Assembly (NCBI RefSeq): GCF_006345805.1
Contig: NC_043000.1
Coordinates: 136,152,001 to 136,216,000 of the forward strand
DNA: 64,000 bases
Direction: 5' to 3'
From: Octopus sinensis
Lineage: Eukaryota
Below the pieces are notes generated by a model. That model saw nothing but the letters and a program-made list of their open reading frames with translations. It made no database searches and was not told the origin of the DNA. Position 1 is the stretch's first letter; each line of letters begins with the position of its first letter. This document shows positions 1-13,344 of this stretch, one piece after another. The position numbers and the translations under genes were made by a program.

Positions 1-669
1 CAAGATGGTCATGGCTGAGTCCTTCAGCTCTTCATTAAATCACTCCTGATTCTTTTAAAAGAAAATGGACACATTTTTGGACAATTTAGACTTGAATGAA
101 TGAAACGACAGGATGGTCATGGCTGAGTCCTTCTGCTCTTCATTAAATCACTCCTGATTCTTTTAAAAGAAAATGGACACATTTTTGGACAATTTAGACT
201 TGAATGAATGAAACGACAGGATGGTCATGGCTGAGTCCTTCAGCTCTTCATTAAATCACTCCTGATTCTTTTAAAAGAAAATGGACACATTTTTGGACAA
301 TTTAGACTTGAATGAATGAAACGACAGGATGGTCATGGCTGAGTCCTTCAGTTCTTCATTAAATCACTCCTGATTCTTTTAAAAGAAAATGGACACATTT
401 TTGGACAATTTAGACTTGAATGTATGAAACGACAGGATGGTCATGGCTGAGTCCTTTAGCTCTTCATTAAATCACTCCTGATTCTTTTAAAAGAAAATGG
501 GCACATTTTTGGACAATTTAGACTTGAATGAATGAAACGACAGGATGGTCATGGCTGAGTCCTTCAGTTCTTCATTAAACCACTCCTGATTCTTTTAAAA
601 GAAAATGGACACATTTTTGGACAATTTAGACTTGAATGAATGAAACGACAGGATGGTCATGGCTGAGTC
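1..669. repeat. Tandem array of a 108-bp unit, about 6.2 copies visible (may extend left of the window)
   Basis: CA(A/G)GATGGTCATGGCTGAGTCC recurs at 1, 109, 217, 325, 433, 541, 649; copies differ by only a few substitutions. Confidence 0.97.
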
Positions 670-784
670 TTTTTAATGATAAGTCATCATCATCATGCCT
701 TACATGAAACAAAGTAACATCTCCCTATGTGTCTTTGGACCTATCTCTTACTTTGTTATCATCAATTGGCATCATAAGAAATGC

Positions 785-1115
785 CATCATCATCATCATC
801 ATTTAACGTCCGCTTTCCATGCTAGCATGGGTTGGACATTTTGACTGAGGACTGGTGAACCAGATGGCTGCACCAGGCTCCAATCTTGATTTGGCAGAAG
901 ATTTTCTACAGCTGAATGCCCATTCTAATGCCAACCACTCCGAGAGTGTAGTGGGTGCTTTTACATGCCACTGCCACAAGGGCCAGTCGGTGGTACTGGC
1001 AATGGTCACGGAAAATCGTGTTTTTTTTTTACATGTCACCTGCACACCGGCACAAGTGCCAGTAAGGTGATGCTGGTGACGATCACGCTCGAATGGTGCT
1101 TTTTACATGCCACAA
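785..1115 (-). mobile_element. SINE-like family D ((GAT)n-tailed, probably RTE-LINE-related 3' end)
   Basis: (CAT)n-TTAACGTCCGCTTTCCATGCTAGCATGGGTTGGAC block shared with more than 12 other copies in the window. Confidence 0.85.
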
Positions 1116-2064
1116 CAATGGTAAATAAGTCTGCCATGAGTTAACAAGCTCATTAAACTAAAAGTTTACTCTGGTTTCCAAGGAATATAAATACTATACC
1201 ACCCCACCAACTTTGGACAGGATGCCATTCCATTTCAGTGTTAATCCCTTGGGGCTGCTGATTGTAATTTTCTGCTGAGTCAATTGAAACAATGTGAAAT
1301 AAAGTGCTTCACTCAAGAATTCAATGTACTGCCCAGTTTGAGACTTGAAAAAAGATGTATATTCTAACGGTAAACAATATGCAAACAAGGATTTACAATA
1401 GGAAGTAATAAAACTGCAGTAAGTAGTATTAAAAGTGAGACTGTTGAGAAATTGACAAAATCAGTTGATGAGAGAATTTTTTATTATAGATGGTAAAGAG
1501 GATTACATAAAGAGGTAAAATATATACGTAATTATTTGTAAATATAATTATATGGTGGAAGATATACGTTTATATTAATGATCTGGTTATGTATTGTTCT
1601 ATATATAAATCACATTATATGTTGTTTATATAATATTTGTTAACTTGCATAATAAAAAGAAACACCCTATAAACGTGTTTTCCTTCATTTCCACTTTAAT
1701 TGTACACCAATTTAGATGAAAAGTACCTGAGACATGGGATACATAATTCTGCATATCCTACAAACATTTCAAGAAAATCGGACAAGGGGTTTTGATTTTA
1801 TTGAGGAATGATTGACCTGCATAATAAAAGGAAACATAGTGTAGATATGGCCTAGTGATTAGGGTGTTGCACTCATGAACGGGATGTCATGGTTTTGGTT
1901 TGCATGCCATTGTGCTCTTGAGCGAAACGCTTCATTTCACATTGCTCTGTGATCACTTCATCATCTGACACATACCACAAACACATGATAATTGTGATGA
2001 TGGCTATGATGATGATGATGATATACATACACATGCAGAATTAGCTAAGTTGTTATAATAAACA

Positions 2065-2330
2065 TCTATTATATAAAATCCGTTCTGTCTGTCTGTGTGT
2101 GTGTCTTCTAGGATCTCGGGCATCCTCCGTCCGATTGCATTCAAATTTGATATGTAGATACTTATGGTATCAAGGTGTGTAAAAATTAGAAAAATCGATT
2201 CCAGGTGAGAATGCGATTTATAAAGCTGTGGGAACGTGCATTTGTATGCGCAAGTACATTAGCTGTTGCAATCGATACTACGCGTACGTGAGAAAAATAC
2301 ATGTGCAGTTTGTGCAACAAAAGCCGGCTG
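2065..2330 (+). mobile_element. Helitron-like 5' fragment
   Basis: A|TCTATTATATAAAA start followed by (GTCT)n and CCGATT motif, resembling the 5' end of the 17795-18189 element; no hairpin-CTAG 3' end found. Confidence 0.5.
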
Positions 2331-2707
2331 GCTTCAAATAATGCCACAAAACTCAGTAAGATGCAAAAGAGATATTCTCTTCAAAGTTGGCATGAAGGAA
2401 GGAAAGACTATTTGGTTACTCAAGAAGTTTTTTTGCCTTAACTTTGTTTAACAAAACCAAAAATTTTATTGAAATAAAGGCATGCTTAATTATTTTTTAA
2501 TGAAAAGAAAACACTGATTGCTTTTTATTCAGCAGATATGATTCAGCACTGTCCATTGGTTGGGGGGCGTTTTGCTCATTATGAACTATTATACATTTCA
2601 GAAGGAGTGGAATAAAAAGGGGAAAAAATGCGAAAAAGAAAGACATAGAAATCAGACCTCTTATATTTGAATTCTTTAACAAACTTGGTCCCATTTGTGA
2701 ATGTTAA

Positions 2708-2929
2708 CCCTTTCGTTACCAACCCAGCTGAAACCAGCTCTGGCTCTGAGTACAAATGTCTTGTTTTCGTAAGTTTTGAATTAAAATCTTCCACCAAACT
2801 TTAGTCACAATTTATGGTTCCTAACACTAGCTGAATGATAACTAAGTTATTTTACTAAATTCTTTGTTATATTTAAAATTAATTGAAAGAAACACAGAGC
2901 ATCTCAGCAGAAATATGGTAACAAAAGGG
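2708..2929. mobile_element. TTAA-flanked piggyBac-like MITE (222 bp)
   Basis: TTAA on both sides; TIRs CCCTTTCGTTACCA / TGGTAACAAAAGGG; second copy at 5517. Confidence 0.88.
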
Positions 2930-3617
2930 TTAATGATTAATGGAAGAAACCATGTGGTAGTTTTCAGCATTGCAAACAAATATTTCTTGCTTAGTTTAAG
3001 CAACTGACAAACAAAAGACTTGTGTGTACATGCATTTATATAACAGACACACAGAAACATGCATGTACATATATATACATATAGCTCACAATGAATTTTA
3101 GTTTATTTCAGAATTTAAAAATAACTCTTTAGCCAAGGGCTGGCGTGGGACCATTAGTGGTGGAGAGTGCTAGTGGACCTGGTCAGCTCTACACATGATG
3201 ACCTCTCTGGGACCACTAACTTGGGATAAACCAAACCTCATCAAGTAAGAACAAGCGGCAAAGTATCCTTGTATTCTAATTTGCTTTCCAAACAATATGA
3301 CTTGTTATGGCGCTACTTTTCGAAGCAAGCTTTGTTTGCCAATCTGGTGTTATGAAGATGCTACTTACTACTAGAGCTTTTAATTTTTCCTGTTCGAGAA
3401 GGTGTGTTTAAGAAATTAAATAAAAATCCATAAAAATACAGAAATAAAAGAAAAACAAGAACAATCACTAACAACCAAAAACTACACAAAACAAAGAAAT
3501 TTAAAAGGTGTCACTTTTGATGATGCTTATCAGGATAATTATTTTTGAAAGATAGTAAATTCTTTAAAATGTTCACATATACACACACATGTATACATGC
3601 ACACACATACATACACA

Positions 3618-3649
<32 letters not shown>

Positions 3650-3737
3650 ATATATATTCACATAAATTTTCACTATATTTTCACTATCTTTGTCTTTATA
3701 CATTTATACATTTACCCTCCTCCCTCTCATCATCCTC

Positions 3738-3771
<34 letters not shown>

Positions 3772-3814
3772 CCATTGTAATTCTTTCAATTTCACTTTCA
3801 CTACTATCACATCC

Positions 3815-4150
3815 CCCATAGAATTTGCTGCAAAGAATAGCTGTGCTTCCTCTAGGAAACTTGGTGTTGTTGAGCGCAACATTAAGCTGTAGAGAAAAAA
3901 AAAAACACAAGCTCAACTACAGAAAATGCCAAGCAGTGAGTAATCTCCAGGGGAAAAACCAGCCTCACGATCCTAAACAGGAAAAATAATTCACTGAATG
4001 GATGAAAAACAAAATAAAAGATAGACAGATTGTTACAATGCTTGTAAAAGTTACAAGCAAAAAAAAAAAAAAAAGAAGATAAATCAAGAAGAAATGTTTG
4101 GAGTTATTTGGAGAGTCAAATGATGAATCAAATTTTGATGACTTTTATGT
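3815..4150 (+). pseudogene. Internally deleted pogo-like transposase remnant
   Basis: IEFAAKNSCASSRKLGVVERNIKL*RKK..AQLQKMP resembles a pogo N-terminal HTH; downstream LELFGESNDESNFDDF resembles the acidic pogo C-terminus; contains stops. Confidence 0.55.
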
Positions 4151-4320
4151 GATAAACTTGTTTTATGAAAAATGGCATTTTTTTTTAAAACCTGTTCAAC
4201 GGTCTTTACTCAATAGATTTCAAACAAAAGTTTCAGAGTGAAAGCAATAACCATACTAGCTTTAGTGTTTGTGTTTAAGAATTTTAGCTTTTGTATATTA
4301 TGTGTTGTAGAATTCGCAGT

Positions 4321-4826
<506 letters not shown>

Positions 4827-4894
4827 ATTGCATTTTTCTTAAAATGTAAATATGGTTGTACTCAGTGGTTGTATTGTATAAAAAGATAAGACAG

Positions 4895-5490
4895 AGAGCT
4901 GACAGAATTCATTACTGCACTACTTATTGGCAGTTCTTCAGGCTTTTTGCATCCTGAGTTCAAATCCTGCCCAAGTCAGCTTTGCTTTTCATCCTTTTGG
5001 GGTGGATAAAATAAATACAAGTTGAGCACTGGGGTCAATATAATCAACTTGCATGGAGGCGCAATAGCCCAGTGGTTAGGGCAGCGGACTCGCGGTCATA
5101 GGATCGCGGTTTCGATTCCCAGACTGGGCATTGTGAGTGTTTATTGAGCGAAAACACCTAAAAAGCTCCACGAGGCTCCGGCAGGGGATGGTGGTGATCC
5201 CTGCTGTACTCTTTCACCACAGCTTTCTCTCACTCTTACTTCCTGTTTCTGTTGTACCTGTATTTCAAGGGGCCGGCCTTGTCACTCTCTGTGTCACGCT
5301 GAATATCCCCGAGAACTACGTTAAGGGTGCAATTGTCTGTGGAGTGCTCAGCCACTTACACGTTAATTTCACGAGCAGGCTGTTCTGTTGATTCGGATCA
5401 ACCGGAACCCTCATTGTCGTAACCGACGGAGTGCTTCCATAATCAACTTGCCCTCTCCCCTCAAAATTGCTAGCCTCATGCTAAAATAAC
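4895..5490 (+). mobile_element. SINE family B (Nin/Deu-like central domain), interrupted by a family C SINE
   Basis: CTTTGCTTTTCATCCTTTTGGGGTGGATAAAATAAATACAAG domain; element resumes after 5451. Confidence 0.7.
5053..5438 (+). mobile_element. tRNA-derived SINE family C with 13-bp target-site duplication
   Basis: A box (AGCCCAGTGG) and B box (GTTTCGATTCC); ATAATCAACTTGC at 5040-5052 and 5439-5451. Confidence 0.9.
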
Positions 5491-5516
5491 AAAAAATTAT
5501 ATATTACTAATATTAA

Positions 5517-5737
5517 CCCTTTTGATACCAACCTAGCTGAAACTGCCCTGGTTCTGTAGTTCAAATATCTTGTTTTCATAAGTTCTAAATTAAAATCTTC
5601 CACCAAAACTTAGTCACAGTTTATGTTCCTAGCACTAGCTTAATGATAACTTAGTTATTTTACTAAATTCATTGTTATATCTAAAATTAATTGAAAGAAA
5701 CACAGAACATCTCAAAAGAAATACAGTAACAAAAGGG
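5517..5737. mobile_element. TTAA-flanked piggyBac-like MITE, second copy
   Basis: TTAA-CCCTTTTGATAC...GTAACAAAAGGG-TTAA; colinear with 2708-2929. Confidence 0.88.
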
Positions 5738-6674
5738 TTAATATTTAGCTATAAAATGTGGGGCTGCATTATATTCAAGTAAATTTGGTGACGATTTTTT
5801 TTATTGTTTATAGAAAGATTTTGTCTCTTTAAAAAAGAGAAAAATATAACAATAATGTAATCAGATGAAAGGCTAATTTGAAATACCAAATATGACAAGA
5901 GCCAAATCCAATAATACATCTTAGTCATAATACCTAAGTCATAATACATCTTACCTTCTATTCTATTCCAGCACAAATGCTACTACGCTTGATAACAACT
6001 GCAAAAACAAAAACAAAAACAGCAACAATAGCAGAAACAGTAACAGCAATTTCCCCCATTCAATCCAGTGAAATAAGCTGAGACTCAAGAATTAACATTA
6101 ACATTAGCCAAGCTTTTCTTCTCATTACTCGGTACCCACTTCTAAACAAAATGTTATATATTTCCTTAAAACAGTAAAAGATACTATTTAACTTCCTAGT
6201 CATTCTTGTAAGGTAATCACTGACTACTCAGAGTTTGTTCACGAAAGTTCTCAAGGCATCTTAGGTCTGTTAATATTGGTTAGAAAATGCTTTGCTGATG
6301 AAGGCTAATAAGACCATACCCCATGTTCAGGGTTTTGATCCACAACTATTGCATTTCATTCTTAATCGATTTTGATTTAAATACCAAATTTGTTTCCCTA
6401 TGATTTCTTAACCAGAGTTTAACAATCAAGATTATGATTTCTCTCCTGACATCAGGTTAATTTTAATTAAAATTTCATTATACACTATATAATTTTAGTA
6501 CCCATTTTGCTACTTATCTCTCATGCTGTTACACCTGTATGAAGTATAGTATCAATACATGTTTAATCTGATAAGTAAATGAGAGAATCTTTACATGGTT
6601 ATTTAGCCTACTTGAAATGACTGCGGCCAAGCTGGAACACTGCTTTTAGTCAAGCAAATCGATTTGCTCGAAAG

Positions 6675-7035
6675 AGATGCAGGAGTGGCTGTGTGGTAAG
6701 TAGCTTGCTTATGAACCATATAGTTCTGGGTTCAGTTCCACTGCATGGCACCTATAGTCTCAGGCCAACCAAAGCCTTGTGAGTGGATTTGGTAGATGGT
6801 AACTGAAAGAAGCCCGTCATATATATGTATATATATATATATCATCATCATCATCGTTTAACGTCCGTTTTCCGCGAAATATATATATGTATGTGTGTGT
6901 ATATGTTTATGTGTCTGTGTTTGTTCCCCCCCCCCAACATCGCTTGACAACCAATGCTGGTGTGTTTACATTCCCGTAACTTGGCATTTCGGCAAAAGAG
7001 ACCGATAGAATAAGTAATAGACTTACAAAGAATAA
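6675..7035 (+). mobile_element. SINE family A, 3'-truncated
   Basis: Colinear with other family A copies. Confidence 0.85.
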
Positions 7036-7044
7036 CTTCACACG

Positions 7045-7300
7045 AGCATCGGTTGTCAAGCAATGCTAGGGGGACAAACACAGACACACAAACACACAAA
7101 CACATACATCATCATCATCATCATCATCATACATATATATGACAGGCTTCTTTCAGTTTCCATCTACCAAATCCACTCACAAGGCATTGGTCAGCCCGGG
7201 GCTATAGCAGAAGACACTTGCCCAAGATGCCATGCAGTGGGACTGAACCCGGAACCATGTGGTTGGTTAGCAAGCTACTTACCACACAGCCACTCCTGCG
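7045..7300 (-). mobile_element. SINE family A, 3'-truncated, inverted relative to its neighbour
   Basis: Reverse complement of family A head and body. Confidence 0.85.
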
Positions 7301-7302
7301 TA

Positions 7303-7445
7303 TAACTGGTACTTATTTAATCAACCCCGAAAGGATGTAAGGCAAAGTCGACCTTGGCGGAATTTGAACTCAGAACGTAGCGGCAGACGAAATACTGCTA
7401 AGCATTTCGCCCGGCGTGCTAACAATTCTGCCAGCTCACCACCTT
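7303..7445 (-). mobile_element. SINE family B 5' part
   Basis: GGTACTTATTTAATCAACCCCGAAAGGATGTAAGGCAAAGTCGAC...GAATTTGAACTC. Confidence 0.85.
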
Positions 7446-8902
7446 ACACTTCTTCATAGTGAATAGTTGTGAAGTTTAAAATTCTGAGGTTGAAATCCCT
7501 AATGTTAGGACATGGAGAAAGCAAAAAATATAATGATTGTAGTAGAGATGGTAGTGTTTTCAGTGTTGTTGTTGTTGCTTTTGGTGGTGGTGTTCTTGCT
7601 GGTAGTGGTGGTGGTAATAATGGTAGTGATAATGATACTGGTGAAAATCATGATGAGGATAGTGTTAGTAATGATGCAAAAGAAAAAAGAGAAGGGGAAT
7701 GCATGTAGGAAGATATGATTTAACAAAAGAACCTAAACTATTTCTAAAGCAAAATACCAGACGTTTTTTTAGTGGGTTTGGGAAATGTTTTAACTGTCTA
7801 ATGCAGGATATAGTTTTGCTCTCCTTGGTCATCATAATATGGATTAATTGAACAGTTAATTATAGATGGGTGCTGAGTACATATTTATGTAATAAAAAGG
7901 TGAGTTTTTTTGTTTCCAATCTTTTCAACACCAGCTATTGTATTTTAGTATTTATACTAAAATACAATAGTTAGGAAAAAATATTAGCAGTTAGCTAACA
8001 TTATTGTTTGGCAGAGCAAACAAGGGAAGCTATGTTATTGTTGAATAATAGTAACTGTTTCAGATCACTGGCTATTTCTTTGATGTTCTATTTTGTCAAA
8101 TAATTTGCAGAAGGTGACCCACTGTTCACTCATCCATATCAAAACATATGAAATTGTAAAGAGCAAGATAAAGGAAGTTGATGATGTAGAGAGAGAGAGA
8201 GAAGTAAGAGGGGGGGAGGGAATGAAGTCTATTAATGATTCTTCCCTTTGCCCCCCCCCCCCCGTTTTCCTTCCTATGATGACTATCTATTTCATGGTGT
8301 TTAAGAGTGAAATACTGATAATATATATAAATATCTTCCTGGTTAGGATGCCAAGCATTTGTGAATTTGAAGTTATGTTCTGACACCCAATCTTCTAAGA
8401 TACTGTACTGTCCTTGATAAGTATGTACACAATCCTACCCTTCTCGTGTTGGTAATAAGTGAAGAAAAGAGGAGAAAAAGTGACAAGAGCCAAACAGAAA
8501 GAAGCTCTTTATTAAAGAAGCTGGAAGATTACTGCCATGTTTATGTCAGCTGTCTTGGCAAGGAAGGTTTCTTTAAAGAGGAAAACCATATAAGCAAAAT
8601 TGCCCAAATTAATACAGCATAAAATTGTTTTGATGACTGCCTGCCCATCACTTGTCACTAAAAGCAGGAAAGAGTTTAGGTAATTAGCTATGTGTACTAT
8701 GTATATAGTCTCCCTCGTTCCATCTCACACACACTCACATACACACATGTACATACATATATGCACATGTATTTACACATACATTCAATCATATACAGAC
8801 ATATATATACATACATGTCTAAATATATACATATATATATATGTATATATATATATATAAATATATACATATATATATATACATACATATATATATATAT
8901 AT

Positions 8903-8968
<66 letters not shown>

Positions 8969-9084
8969 AACACATATATATAAATATATACATACATACA
9001 TGTCTGATATATATATGAATATTTATATATTTATATATGTCTGTATATATTTATAATATGCTTGTGCATGTGTACATATATATT

Positions 9085-9146
<62 letters not shown>

Positions 9147-9151
9147 TTTTG

Positions 9152-9185
<34 letters not shown>

Positions 9186-9301
9186 TGTATATATGTATGT
9201 ATGTAGGTATGCTAGTATGTAAACATGTATTTATGTATGAGTGTATGGACGGATGCATGTAATGCAAGTAAGTATGAAGCGCATGTTAGTATGAGTGTGT
9301 A

Positions 9302-9358
<57 letters not shown>

Positions 9359-10010
9359 TTGAAATATTCTAGTTGTGTCTAAAACTCGAGTCCTTTATCT
9401 AATATCAATTACCAACTGACAATAATTGTGGTAGTTATTTCAGTATGAGCATAGTTATTTTGTTGTATTTTCAAACCATTAAATAATAACCATCCTCACA
9501 GATTCTGATAGTTATTGTAAAAGTACATCATGATTAGTGCTGCAAAGGAGAAAAATTTTTTTTATGAGCCTACTCCATAACTTTGTTTCAACTCCTGGCA
9601 GGAAATATCACATTTCTAAATGAAAGTAAAATGTAAGTCTCACTGATATTTCTTATCTCTTCTCAGAGCTCTGCATTAGTGTAATGCACGTATATAATTA
9701 TTGAAGTGATTAGCTTCATGAAGTTGTTGTTATTAATCTATGATCAAAAGATTTCCAGTTATGATACTCTTGTATTTTTTTTTTTGATATTTAGGATGAC
9801 ACGGTTCTATATATATGTCCTTCATGTTTTAATTTGGTAAAGCATGATTTGAGGAAATTTAGCTGCTATATTGCATGTAGACACTCCCTCAATGACCCAA
9901 CTTTATTGTGTTATGTTATGACTTTGTAAATACTTGAATGTCACAGCATCTCATCTAAAGTTTCAGACTTTGGTCATATATACAAAGCAATTTGAAAAGA
10001 ACAATTGCAT

Positions 10011-10429
10011 AGATGCAGGAGTGGCTGTATGGTAAGTAGCTTGCTTACCAACTACATGGTTCTGGGTTCAGTCCCACTGCGTAGCACCTTGGGAAAGTAT
10101 CTTCTACTATAGCCTCGGACCGACCAAAGCCTTGTGAGTGGACTTGGTAGACAGAAAATGAAAAGAAGCCCGTCGTATATATACATATATATATATGTAT
10201 GTATGGGTGTGTTTGTGTGTTTGTGTGTCTGTGTTTGTCCCACCAACATCACTTGACAACCGATGCTGGTATGTTTACATCCCCGTAACTTAGTGGTTTG
10301 GCAAAAGAGACCAATAGAATAAGTACTAGGCTTACAAAGAATAAGTCCTGGGGTCGATTTGCTCGACTAAAGGTGGTGCTCCAGCATGGCCACAGTCAAA
10401 TTACTGAAACAAGTAAAAGAGTAAAAGAG
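10011..10429 (+). mobile_element. SINE family A, full length
   Basis: Head, body and tail colinear with the family. Confidence 0.9.
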
Positions 10430-11155
10430 CTTTAGGTATTTATCAATGGAATCTTGACGAATATATAATGATTTTATAGCTCATTGTTCCTTATTAAATA
10501 TAAGATATACTATAGTCTCTGTTTTACTTTTTGTGATGTTGAATCAGTTTCAAATGATAAGGCAGCAAATAAGTAGAGTCATCAGACCATTGAAGAGAAT
10601 TCCTTGCAATATTTGATTTGGTTGGCTGGGATCTGAGTTCAAATTAGTCTTTCATCTGTTCAGTGTTGCTTAGCAAAGTAGCAGTCCAGGGTCGTGGACT
10701 GGTTGAATTGTTATAGCTTTGAACAAGATGTTATGTGGTCTGTTCTGGTACTTTGAATTCTGATTTTAAATTCTGCCTTCTCGTGGAAGGAAAACAGCTG
10801 TCCAGGACCTAACCAACAGCAAAAGACCTCCATTGTTAGATGATCTATAATTTGATTTGAGCAACATATTGGTTGCATTAGGAAACAGTACAAATGCTAG
10901 AACAAGGACAAAAAAATGTGTGCTTTAAAATATGATAGCATACAGGGAATTCTGAAATCTAGCAAACTATGCCTTTAAAAAAATAAACAAATTCCTTTTA
11001 CTTTGTTTTAAGATTAATATTCCCAGTTTACCAATGAATTATTTAAAAGAAAAAAATCAGAATTGTAGAGAAATAAATTTGCTGTTTTCTGATAGAGGTG
11101 AGCTTTAATACAAATGATATATTGTCATAAATTGTGTGTGTGTATATATGTGTGT

Positions 11156-11206
<51 letters not shown>

Positions 11207-12483
11207 TATATATATATGTACAAAAAAAAAAAATAAAATGACCATCCTGAAGTACAACAATATACATATATGCATACATATACATCATCATGATTATATT
11301 TATATATACATATATATATGTATGCAAGGACCAGATATCGAAGTCATCAGACATGCTCTATTAAGACTTATTTGGCCAAAATACAACACACCATGGATGT
11401 TCAAAATAAACTGAGATTTGTTTATTTCTAAAACCGGAAGGTACTGATTTATTTATTAGTTAACCAGCATGTTACTGAAAGCAGCAGTAATCCATGGTGT
11501 TAGTGCTTTTTGATTAATTTCATATAAACTTTTGTTTAAATATGATTTGGATGGTAGATGATTTAATCAATTACCTGTTTAATATCAGTGCCTCAGCGAA
11601 GTCCACACTGTTGCAAAAGTCTCTGGTTTCACAATATTAAGATCTTCCCCCGCTTTTCCCCAACAGATCTTGGTGGCCCTGCAAAAAGATCATAGGTATT
11701 TGCCTCTTCTAAGTAACTATAGAAGGAAAACTAACTAGTCATATTCAATGTCCTATAACATACAAGTAAAAAAGGCAGAGAATTACCATATTGCCTTACT
11801 ATGTGAGTATATAAATCACTTGACAGCTTAATACAGCTTAGTTATTTCAGATAAATAGTTTTCATATGAATAAATTGAATACAGTTTTTGAATTTTAGCA
11901 CAAGGCCAGTAATTTTGGGAGAAGGGTAAGTCAATTTCATCGATCCCAGGACCCAATTTGGTTCGCCAGTCCTCAGTCAAATCGCCCAACCCATGCTAGC
12001 ATGGAAAGCGGACGTTAAATGATGATGATGATGATGATGATGATGATTATACATAATTTCATATCTATGAAAGATCAATTTTTCAATTAACAATAATATC
12101 AGTTTGGTTTAATCTTATAGACATCCTTTAAGGTATAGCAAGATTAAACTGCTCCAATAGATCACAACTTGAAGATGAATAAATGCAATGAACTCATGCA
12201 TAGCCTACGAAACTTTGATTTAAGAACCAACAATATTTTTTCCTTATCTAAATGAGAATCTGTAGTCTGAAGACACCAAAAAATTACTGATTATTTCTAA
12301 TTCAGATACTGAATGCATTAAGGCAGAAGAATAGAGCATATTTGAGTAACTTAGAGTTCAAGATCAAAAAATTAATTAATGTTGATTGAACCAATCAACT
12401 CTTACGTGCTTGATTTGAGGAAGTGACTTAAAATTGAATTTGAAAATATTAATAAATTATAAACCTTTAGGGTATTTATAGAT

Positions 12484-12900
12484 AGGCGCAGGAGTGGCTG
12501 TGTGGTAAGTAGCTTGCTAACCAACCACATGGTTCCGGGTTCAGTCCCACTGCGTGGCATCTTGGGCAAGTGTCTTCTGCTATAGCCTCGAGCCGACCAA
12601 TGCCTTGTGAGTGGATTTGGTAGACGGAAACTGAAAGAAGCCTGTCGTATATATGTATATATATCTATATATGTATGTGTGTGTATATGTTTGTGTGTCT
12701 GTGTTTGTCCCCCCTAGCATTGCTTGACAACTGATGCTGGTGTGTTTATGTCCCCGTCACTTAGTGGTTCAGCAAAAGAGACCGATGGAATAAGTACTGG
12801 GCTTACAAAGAATAAGTCCCGGGATCGATTTGCTCAACTAAAGGCGGTGCTCCAGTATGGCCGCAGTCAAATGACTGAAACAAGTAAAAGACTAAAAGAG
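12484..12900 (+). mobile_element. SINE family A, full length
   Basis: Head, body and tail colinear with the family. Confidence 0.9.
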
Positions 12901-13344
12901 TATATCAGCATGTTTGGAACTAGGAATTTCTGTCTCACGTTAGTTCAACTCCATTTTGTTGTATCAAAAATGGATACATTCTTATGTTAGTCATCTGTTG
13001 CCTACCACTACAAGAAATCTGTAAAATAATGAGGAATTAATACTGGTCTAGTTGTCCCAGAAAAGCAGATAAATATTTGGACTTAACCTGAAAGGAGTTA
13101 ATTTCTAAACTTATCTTGGAGTAAACAGGAAAACACCGTGAGAATATGGATTTCTGGTTTGATTCCTGTGAAAAAGCATAATTTTCAATCATAAATTCTC
13201 AGTTACATTTAATTTTTAAAAAATGAGTTCTTCATGATATATATGATTTTGATATGACAAGTATAGTTCTGTGCCTAACAAATTTTACTTAACAATTGTG
13301 TGGCATGGGTTCAAATCAACTCTACAGCAAGGGTCTTCTCTTGT

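Noticed and set aside
1-669. CRISPR-like periodicity
   Set aside because: Whole units repeat with no unique spacers, no cas genes, eukaryotic context
5053-5125. tRNA gene
   Set aside because: tRNA-like SINE head continuing into a repeat body with TSD; acceptor stem incomplete
6290-6325. CTGATGAAGGC hammerhead-like start
   Set aside because: No GAAA core or matching stems downstream
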